64,000 nucleotides of DNA from an uncultured bacterium (GTDB lineage Bacteria > Cyanobacteriota > Vampirovibrionia > Gastranaerophilales > Gastranaerophilaceae), in the NCBI GenBank assembly GCA_902797965.1, contig CADBUY010000003.1, positions 102,222 to 166,221 of the forward strand. The letters run 5' to 3'. Both the position numbers and the translations under genes were made by a program. Under the pieces are notes generated by a model that did no database searches, was not told the origin of the DNA, and saw nothing but the letters and a program-made list of their open reading frames with translations. Shown here in pieces: positions 57,285 through 64,000 of this stretch. Each line of letters starts with the position of its first letter. The first letter of the stretch is position 1.

Positions 57285-57923
57285 CTAAACAGATTGATTT
57301 TCATTGTTGAACTGCCATATAGCACCATTGTACTGTTGAGTGTAACTTTTTAGTTTATTTGTTTGTGCAATTACCTTTGAAATATTAGTAGGGGTACTTA
57401 TCTGAATATTTGAAATAATTTTTGTAAGTGGTTCAAAAATATCAAGGATTTCCAATTGTTCTACATTATGCTTAAGTGCAATTTTTGTTCCATTATTTAA
57501 AACAATATTTAGAAAAAAATCGAACAATTCTGCTGGGTTTGGTGTATGTGACCAGTGGTGTGTTAGAGGTTCAATAAAAAACATTTTCTTTAGTTTGTAT
57601 TCCCCTATAATCATGCTTATATCTGATTTTTTTATATTGTAATTTGTTGTCTTAAAACCGTTTACATAATCTATAGATATTGCATTTTGTTTTATATTTA
57701 ACTGTTTAATACATGAAACCATAAGAATATTACCTAAAACACATAAAAACAAACATATAGGAATAAATAGAAAAAATGTTCCACTTTTATCCACAAAAAC
57801 ACTATTTTGATATAAAATTATTGGGCAAATAATTGCTATAATTATAGAAATAGGTCTTAAAACATATTGGAAAAATTGATATGTTGTATTCTTATATAGT
57901 TGGTCCAATGTTATTCCTCTCAA
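57285..57923 (-). CDS. Hypothetical membrane protein
   Basis: Two TMs, very AT-rich, downstream of tRNA-Leu. Confidence 0.6.
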   Translation of the reverse strand: MRGITLDQLYKNTTYQFFQYVLRPISIIIAIICPIILYQNSVFVDKSGTFFLFIPICLFLCVLGNILMVSCIKQLNIKQNAISIDYVNGFKTTNYNIKKSDISMIIGEYKLKKMFFIEPLTHHWSHTPNPAELFDFFLNIVLNNGTKIALKHNVEQLEILDIFEPLTKIISNIQISTPTNISKVIAQTNKLKSYTQQYNGAIWQFNNENQSV

Positions 57924-57934
57924 TATTGTAAAAA

Positions 57935-58019
57935 TGGTGTCGATGGGGGGACTTGAACCCCCAAGGATTTCTCCACACGCCCCTCAAACGTGCGCGTATA
58001 CCGATTCCGCCACATCGAC
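57935..58019 (-). tRNA. tRNA-Leu(GAG)
   Basis: GTCGATG/CATCGAC stem, CACGT-TT-GAG-GG-GCGTG, GGTTCAAGTCC, ACCA. Confidence 0.95.
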
Positions 58020-58046
58020 TCAAACTATTCAATTATCACTTCGTGA

Positions 58047-58244
58047 TGCGTATACCTCCCCTCTCCTCGGAAGATACTTAATCTTCCTCGTCGGCAGAGT
58101 GCCACATCGACATAGTTATTTAATTTTCAAAATTGGGCGGAATTGGTATATATCTATATACGTCTCGCGCCACTTCCGTATCGACTCGACTCCTCCACTG
58201 CGAACGATACTTAATCGTTCTTGTGGAGTCCTTGCCACGCCGAC
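58047..58244 (-). repeat. Two tRNA-Leu 5'-fragment copies each interrupted by a hairpin
   Basis: tgcgtatacc...gccacatcgac and cgtatc...gccacgccgac enclosing ggaagat-actta-atcttcc and gaacgat-actta-atcgttc. Confidence 0.7.
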
Positions 58245-58384
58245 ATCTTTTTTATTAATTTTTCAATACACCTATGTTATCATAAACTTTTTTTCTTTAC
58301 AAACTTTTATATTGTATTGACTTTCAATTTATTACGAATGAAAATTATTAAGTAAGGTTTATCACATAATCAAAGGGATTTTTA

Positions 58385-58606
58385 ATGAACGTATCATCAG
58401 TTACAGGTGCTAATGAAAGAAGAAATTTATTTATAGAATATTCTAATCGTTATATGAATTTTAGAGCTAATCAGGGTGATGATGACTCTAATAATTCAAC
58501 TAACCCTGTTAATCAGGAACGAAAACTTGATAAAAAAATGGGAATAGAAACGCTTACTATTTTCCCAAAACAAGTTATTGATGGTAAAACTATTATTACT
58601 GCGTAA
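58385..58606 (+). CDS. Hypothetical protein
   Basis: 73 aa, AAGGG RBS. Confidence 0.6.
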   Translation: MNVSSVTGANERRNLFIEYSNRYMNFRANQGDDDSNNSTNPVNQERKLDKKMGIETLTIFPKQVIDGKTIITA

Positions 58607-58615
58607 TGGGTTCTA

Positions 58616-58649
58616 CCCCTCTCCCTGGCCATCTCCCGTTGGGCGAGGG
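58616..58649 (+). repeat. CCCTCxCCC-type palindromic repeat
   Basis: cccctctccctggccatctcccgttgggcgaggg. Confidence 0.65.
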
Positions 58650-58671
58650 AATATTATGAAAGGAGAGAAGT

Positions 58672-59106
58672 ATGATTTTAAAGATACAAAGATTAGAGCA
58701 TAATAAGTCTGTACCAGAATATAAAACAGAAGGTGCTGCCGGCATGGATTTGTGTGCAGCAATATCCGAGCCTGTTACTCTAAAACCTTTAGAAAGAAAA
58801 TTAATACCTACAGGACTGAAAATCGAGCTTGAGCATGGATATGAAGCTCAAATCAGACCTCGTTCAGGTTTGTCTATTAAACATGGTATAAGTTTAATAA
58901 ACTGTGTTGGTACAATTGATGAAGATTATCGCGGTGAAGTTTGCGTTCCTATAGTAAATATCTCAAATGAAGAATACACTATTCAGCCTGAAGAACGTAT
59001 TGCTCAAATGGTTATTGCTAAATATGAACAAGCTAAAATCGAAGTTGTAACAGAACTTTCGGAAACAGAACGAGGAGCCGGCGGTTTCGGTTCTACCGGT
59101 AAATAA
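58672..59106 (+). CDS. dut: dUTP diphosphatase
   Basis: AGMDL, RPRSGL, GTIDEDYRGE, RGAGGFGSTG. Confidence 0.97.
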   Translation: MILKIQRLEHNKSVPEYKTEGAAGMDLCAAISEPVTLKPLERKLIPTGLKIELEHGYEAQIRPRSGLSIKHGISLINCVGTIDEDYRGEVCVPIVNISNEEYTIQPEERIAQMVIAKYEQAKIEVVTELSETERGAGGFGSTGK

Positions 59107-59225
59107 TATTGCTAATATAAATTACTCCTTTGCTTCACACTTGACGGTTCTTGAAAAAAGTTATAGAATAAAGGGCATGGTTTCTTTGTAAACCTATGGT
59201 TATAAAATATTTAGGAGACACGGTC

Positions 59226-59510
59226 ATGTTCGAAGATGAAAAGCTTATTTGTGAAGATTGCGGAGCTGAGTTTGTTTTTACAGCAGGTGAGCAAGAATTT
59301 TATGCAGAAAAAGGTTTAACAAATAAGCCAAAAAGATGCCCTAGCTGCAGAAAGGCTAAAAAACAACAACGTAGAGGTAAAAAGAAAATGTATGATACTG
59401 TATGTGCAAAATGCGGTAAGCAAACACAAGTACCTTTTAACCCGACACAAGGCAGAGATGTTCTTTGTAAAGAATGTTTTGATGCAGCAAAAGCAGAATC
59501 TGCTGTTTAG
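59226..59510 (+). CDS. Zinc-ribbon / CxxC-x17-CxxC protein
   Basis: CEDCG.EFVFTAGEQEFY, PKRCPSCR, CAKCG...VPF.P...CKECF. Confidence 0.88.
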   Translation: MFEDEKLICEDCGAEFVFTAGEQEFYAEKGLTNKPKRCPSCRKAKKQQRRGKKKMYDTVCAKCGKQTQVPFNPTQGRDVLCKECFDAAKAESAV

Positions 59511-59530
59511 GACATTTGAATAATGTTATG

Positions 59531-59561
59531 AAGAACGGCGAAGCCTTTGGCTTCGCCGTTC
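59531..59561. terminator. Bidirectional terminator
   Basis: agaacggcgaagcc-ttt-ggcttcgccgttct. Confidence 0.8.
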
Positions 59562-59566
59562 TGTTT

Positions 59567-60538
59567 TTATATAATATTATATTTCTTTTTCAAGTGTTTT
59601 ATTCTTTCATTTGATTTTAAAACACATTCTGTCAACTCTTTGTCTTGGGTCACGATTTTTACAAGCTCATTTATTGTATTAATGGTGTTTTTATCGGCAT
59701 CTCTGTATATGAACATATCAAGACCGGCTTTTATACCCATAATAATTGCATCTATCGCACCATAATCCTGAACCCCTTTCATAACCATATCATCAGATAT
59801 AATTACACCATTATAATTAAGTTTATTTCTCAAATATCCGATTGCATTTTTGCTCAATGAAGCAGGAGTTGTTTCTTTATCAAAGCAAGTACAGTGCAAA
59901 TGAGCAGCCATAATCATTTCAATATCATTTTTTACGGCAAATTCAAATGGATAAATATGTTTTTTATTCATCTCTTCAAAACTTAAATTAATTACAGGTA
60001 ATGTCAAATGGCTGTCTTTATCTGCGTCACCATGTCCTGGATAATGTTTTACACAAGGTATAATTCCATTTTTTCTGTATGTTTCAGATGTGATTTTAAC
60101 CCCTTTAATTACATCATGCGGATTATCAGCAAAAGCTCTTTCTCCGATAATCGGGTTATCAGGATTTGTGTTTACATCTGCACAGGGTGCAAAATTCAAG
60201 TTTATACCGTATTCTTTTAATTCATGTGCAATATTTTCAGTTTGATTTTCTAAAAAATCTAATCCTTTTTCAAATGCAAATTTTGGGGATAAGTACCTTT
60301 CATGAATATTTTCGGTTCTTTCTACTCTGCCGCCTTCTTGGTCAATTGAGAGAAATGGCGGGATAATGGCTAAAGAAGTGTGTTCTTTAATAAGTTTACA
60401 GAACTGTTCTTTGTTTTTTATATCTCGGGTAAAGTAAATAATTCCTCCAACTCCTTTTTTCAAGGCTTGTTGTAAATATTGTATATTATTTACCCCTCCT
60501 GTTCCTAAAATAAACATTTGATAAACTAATTTTTCCAT
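59567..60538 (-). CDS. nagZ: GH3 beta-N-acetylhexosaminidase
   Basis: IDQEGGRV, KHYPGHG...DSH, SDDMVM. Confidence 0.9.
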   Translation of the reverse strand: MEKLVYQMFILGTGGVNNIQYLQQALKKGVGGIIYFTRDIKNKEQFCKLIKEHTSLAIIPPFLSIDQEGGRVERTENIHERYLSPKFAFEKGLDFLENQTENIAHELKEYGINLNFAPCADVNTNPDNPIIGERAFADNPHDVIKGVKITSETYRKNGIIPCVKHYPGHGDADKDSHLTLPVINLSFEEMNKKHIYPFEFAVKNDIEMIMAAHLHCTCFDKETTPASLSKNAIGYLRNKLNYNGVIISDDMVMKGVQDYGAIDAIIMGIKAGLDMFIYRDADKNTINTINELVKIVTQDKELTECVLKSNERIKHLKKKYNII

Positions 60539-60626
60539 AAAATAATCATACAAGTAATTGAACAAAAAATCCAATTTTTATTTATAATAAACTTAGTGTA
60601 TAATATTTCGTATATGGAGTATTAGT

Positions 60627-61079
60627 ATGAAGAGAATAATTTTAGCTTGCTTAGTAGTATTTTTGTTGTTAAGTGCCATCAGTATAGATGTATCGGCTGC
60701 AAAGAAGTCTTCAAAATTGTCAAAAGAAGATATTGCGGAGATGTCGGATACCATTGATAATTTAACTCAAAAAATATATGGTCGTTCTTTGCTGTCACCG
60801 CAAGATAACGAAAAACTTATTGGTATTAAAATAAAACTTGATAACCAGATGTTAATGGCAACAAACCCATCTTTGGCGCCATTGTATTACAAGGCTGGTA
60901 ATATATATAAACTTCGTGACATGAAGCCTGAAGCTATTGAATGTTATCAGACAATTCTGGAAAACTTCTCTGATACGGCTCTAGCACCAAAAGCAAGAAC
61001 AGCTTTAGAACAAATGGGTGTAGAAGTTGCAGCACCGCCTGCTTCAAATGAGGAAGGCGAAAGTGATGAAGGAATTTAA
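60627..61079 (+). CDS. Secreted TPR-like protein
   Basis: Signal peptide; YYKAGNIY...EAIECYQTILENF. Confidence 0.75.
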   Translation: MKRIILACLVVFLLLSAISIDVSAAKKSSKLSKEDIAEMSDTIDNLTQKIYGRSLLSPQDNEKLIGIKIKLDNQMLMATNPSLAPLYYKAGNIYKLRDMKPEAIECYQTILENFSDTALAPKARTALEQMGVEVAAPPASNEEGESDEGI

Positions 61080-61091
61080 TTAAATATTTAT

Positions 61092-61129
61092 AAAAAAGGA
61101 GTTCATTGAATAAATGAACTCCTTTTTTT
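61092..61129. terminator. Bidirectional terminator
   Basis: aaaaaggagttcatt...aatgaactcctttttt. Confidence 0.8.
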
Positions 61130-61146
61130 GTTTGAAAAAATAAATC

Positions 61147-61737
61147 TTATTTTGTAGTTTGGATAAACAAACTAATTAAGTCATTCAAAGCAGAATACTG
61201 TTTTTGATAATTTTGAGATTGTTTTTCCAAAGCAAGAATTTGTTTTTTGTATTCCTGTATTGAAGCTTGACATTCTCTTGCAGAAACCTTTAAACCTTCC
61301 TGAACCTGCTGAGCATCTTGCAAAACACTTTTCATTGATATACCAAGTGCTTCCATTGTTTGTTTAATAATTTGAGCACCTGTATGTCTTGAAACACCAC
61401 TCGGTAACTGAGAAATTAATCTTTTTAGAACTGCAATGTTTGCAGGCATTTCAAAGTTATCTGAAGTTGTTTCTGCAACCTGCACAGGTGTTGGTTCTGT
61501 GAAGAATGGATCTTTGTTATCATTTTCAGTAATATCATCAAAGAATCCTGTTGGTTGTTTTGTAGGAATTTCAGGTTCCGCAAAAATATCACTGCTTTGT
61601 GAACTCAACAAGTTTTCGTTTGTATCAGCAACAAAAGAATCTGTCTCAAAACCTGTATCTTCTGTTGTATCTATGCTTTCAGCCTGTTTTCTCAGAGCTT
61701 CTACTATCTTTTTCCCAACACTTTCACTATTCGGCAT
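61147..61737 (-). CDS. Hypothetical coiled-coil protein
   Basis: 196 aa, GAGGGAG RBS. Confidence 0.75.
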   Translation of the reverse strand: MPNSESVGKKIVEALRKQAESIDTTEDTGFETDSFVADTNENLLSSQSSDIFAEPEIPTKQPTGFFDDITENDNKDPFFTEPTPVQVAETTSDNFEMPANIAVLKRLISQLPSGVSRHTGAQIIKQTMEALGISMKSVLQDAQQVQEGLKVSARECQASIQEYKKQILALEKQSQNYQKQYSALNDLISLFIQTTK

Positions 61738-61830
61738 GTTTTTACTCCCTCGTATGTTATTTTGTCTAGAACCAATTATATTTAAAACATGCTAAAAATC
61801 CAACGAAATGTTATGAATTGTAAAATTAAT

Positions 61831-62832
61831 TTAGAATGTCATGTCATTAAAATCGCTTATGTCATCATAATTGAACATGTGGATAAAAGTATAAAGTATT
61901 CTTGGTGAAAATCTGCTTGTTCCAATATTGAGCATTTCTCTAAGAGCTTCTCTGTTGTTGGATATTGGAATATGTGTTCTGTTGCCGGCAAGGTTATCAT
62001 AGTAGTTTGCTACATTTATAATCTGTGCAAATTCAGAAATAAAGTCATTGGAAAGACCTCTGGGATATCCGGAACCATCATTGTTTTCGTGGTGTTCAAG
62101 CGCAACTTTGGCAATAGTTTCAGATAAACCAAACGTATCTTTTATCATTCTGTATCCGAGTATAGTGTGTTCTCTAATTTCATCTTCATTCATTGTTAAG
62201 ATAGCAGAACCACCCTGAAAATCTACTTTCAATTTCCCGATATCGTGTAATAGTGCGGACAATAGTAAATCATCAATTGACTTCGGAGCAAATTCAAGTT
62301 TTCTTGCGATAAGTCCGGAAATAATAGTAACATTTAATGGGTGACAAAGTTCATATTCTCCCAAAAATCTTACTTTAGAACCTTTATCAGACCTGTGAAG
62401 ATTTTTATAAATTTCATTTCGTAAAATTGTTACCAATGATTGTAATTTTAATATTGCGTCATCATAATATCCTTGTAAAAATAACTCAAAAATGCGTTTA
62501 TAAAAAAATTTAATTTTCTTTTGAGTATCCGGTTTTAAAGAAGATGCTCTGTTTATAACAGTATCAAATTCGTCAGGGTCAAGTGATTCGTATGAAAAGT
62601 TAAGAAGTCTTTGCTTAGAAGCATTTTGAATGGTTGTGTCAGATTTTCTTGATGTTGAGTTATTTTCACTCAAAAAATCTTCTGCATAGATTCTTACATA
62701 ATTTTTCAGCATTATAAGTTTTCCGGGGGTGAGAACTTCGCCGGCTTCAAGTATTTTTGTCTTATTTTCCGTAAATAGGTCGAACGGTAATACTTTATAA
62801 TTGCTTAATTCACTATTTTCTACTATGCGCAT
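61831..62832 (-). CDS. HD-GYP domain protein
   Basis: LLHDIGK, HHENNDGSGYPRGL. Confidence 0.9.
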   Translation of the reverse strand: MRIVENSELSNYKVLPFDLFTENKTKILEAGEVLTPGKLIMLKNYVRIYAEDFLSENNSTSRKSDTTIQNASKQRLLNFSYESLDPDEFDTVINRASSLKPDTQKKIKFFYKRIFELFLQGYYDDAILKLQSLVTILRNEIYKNLHRSDKGSKVRFLGEYELCHPLNVTIISGLIARKLEFAPKSIDDLLLSALLHDIGKLKVDFQGGSAILTMNEDEIREHTILGYRMIKDTFGLSETIAKVALEHHENNDGSGYPRGLSNDFISEFAQIINVANYYDNLAGNRTHIPISNNREALREMLNIGTSRFSPRILYTFIHMFNYDDISDFNDMTF

Positions 62833-62894
62833 AATAAAATTATATCCGTTTTTTTTTATTTTTACATACAGTAAATGGAGTAATAGTGATTTAT

Positions 62895-63803
62895 CTATAA
62901 TGAAACGACAACTTGTCCGACAACTTTTCCGGCAATAGTTTTTATTCTGTTATCGTATTTTATCTCACCCCAACCAAGTCGGTTAATTATTTCAAAAAGT
63001 GCAAATCTTCTTGCTTCCGGTGATGCATCATTTATTTTTACAACAAAAGCATTGCATTCTTTTACGTTTAAAACCGCGCAAAGTCCGCCGGCTCCAACTT
63101 TAGCAATTAAATTTTCGGTTTTTTGTATTATTTCGGTATCAGTTCTTCCCTCACCGCCAAATATATAAGGATTAGCTTTGATTGAAGTCAGAATTTTAGG
63201 ATATTCAAGAAGTCTTACAAAACCTTGAGCAAGGTTTTGTAATGGCATACTGAGGATTGGTACTCCGCAGCCATCTGTTGTCATAGGATAGTTTTGTGTA
63301 ACTCCGCAAAGTTTATTAATTCGTTCTTTTACCGCAATTTGTAAAGGATGCTCAGGACTGTCATAGTTTTTTAAGTCCCAGTCATTTTTCTGGCAAAGTG
63401 CAAGAAAGCCGAGATGTTTTCCGGAGCAATTGTTATGAAGCTGAGTAGGGTTGTCACCTCTAACAATCATTCTGTTTTGCATGCCTCTTGAAAGTGGAGC
63501 ATGAATACCGCATTTTAAATCGCTTTCTGAAAGTTTTAATTTTTTTAAAATTTTTGTTGCAACTTTTATGTGGCAATCTTCACCTGCATGAGAGCCGCAA
63601 CATAAGGCAATTTCTTCCGGCGTAAAATCAATTTCCGCATCAATTAATAAAGTAGCCTGAATAGGTTTTGCACAGGAACGTAAGAAGTAAGGTGTTTTAT
63701 GATCGGTTGCCGGAGCAAATCCTTTAATGGGTTGTGCGCTAACCCAAACCCCTTCGTGAACTTCTTCTATTAGCCCATCTCTAATGTACTCAATTTTTAG
63801 CAT
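62895..63803 (-). CDS. L-asparaginase II family protein
   Basis: RSCAKPIQA, SHAGE, HNNCSGKH, DGCGVP, AKVGA. Confidence 0.88.
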   Translation of the reverse strand: MLKIEYIRDGLIEEVHEGVWVSAQPIKGFAPATDHKTPYFLRSCAKPIQATLLIDAEIDFTPEEIALCCGSHAGEDCHIKVATKILKKLKLSESDLKCGIHAPLSRGMQNRMIVRGDNPTQLHNNCSGKHLGFLALCQKNDWDLKNYDSPEHPLQIAVKERINKLCGVTQNYPMTTDGCGVPILSMPLQNLAQGFVRLLEYPKILTSIKANPYIFGGEGRTDTEIIQKTENLIAKVGAGGLCAVLNVKECNAFVVKINDASPEARRFALFEIINRLGWGEIKYDNRIKTIAGKVVGQVVVSL

Positions 63804-64000
63804 TATTTTTCTTCTATCTTATGATCTTTTATGTAAGTTAATATTGCATCAAGTTTTTGACGCATAATTTCGTTTTCTTCTTTTAATCTTGTATTTTCAA
63901 CTCTGATATCAAATTCTTCTTTTTCAAGTGCAATATTTGGCATTTCTTCAGGATTTAGAGAAAAACGTTTGCCGGCTTCTTCTTTCATGAAAATAATACT
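63803..64000 (-). CDS. Hypothetical protein, 3' end (probably extends beyond window)
   Basis: Open frame to window edge; stop overlaps asparaginase start. Confidence 0.6.
   Translation of the reverse strand, partial: SIIFMKEEAGKRFSLNPEEMPNIALEKEEFDIRVENTRLKEENEIMRQKLDAILTYIKDHKIEEK

Noticed and set aside
57934-58320. 128-aa ORF on plus strand
   Set aside because: Antisense to tRNA-Leu and its derived repeats

Overview
Low-GC bacterial chromosome, most consistent with a non-photosynthetic cyanobacterial relative (Melainabacteria/Gastranaerophilales). This is inferred from the b/b' ATP synthase operon, the Ycf46-like AAA/DUF2997 locus, LptD/LptF-G and many lineage-type orphans. Housekeeping genes include the glgP end, a GH57 branching enzyme, ruvA, nadD-yqeK, rseP, rbfA-truB, atpB-E-F'-F-H-A-G, dut and nagZ. 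A ~15.6 kb integrative element (8368-24022) sits in tRNA-Ser(TGA), bounded by a perfect 32-bp direct repeat. It carries an integrase, a homopolymer-frameshifted excisionase, a repressor, a DUF3987-like replication protein with a long palindromic putative origin, and two convergent small tyrosine recombinases with their own repeat sites. It also carries a TA pair, a ParB-like protein and a radical-SAM/Cys-every-fourth peptide operon extended by ClpP, TonB-C and DnaJ-TonB-C genes. Outside the island the main observations are: (1) an AAA/NrdG-like radical SAM/DUF2997 operon in which three proteins end in R-x-[LV]-D-[LF]; (2) a ~1370-aa EF-hand protein with a C-terminal RelA/SpoT synthetase domain behind a sigma-28-type promoter; (3) many unrelated proteins sharing a non-Sec N-terminal motif; (4) tRNA-Leu-derived hairpin repeats; (5) palindromic repeats inserted in frame in genes. 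All family assignments come from motif recognition only; no searches were run.
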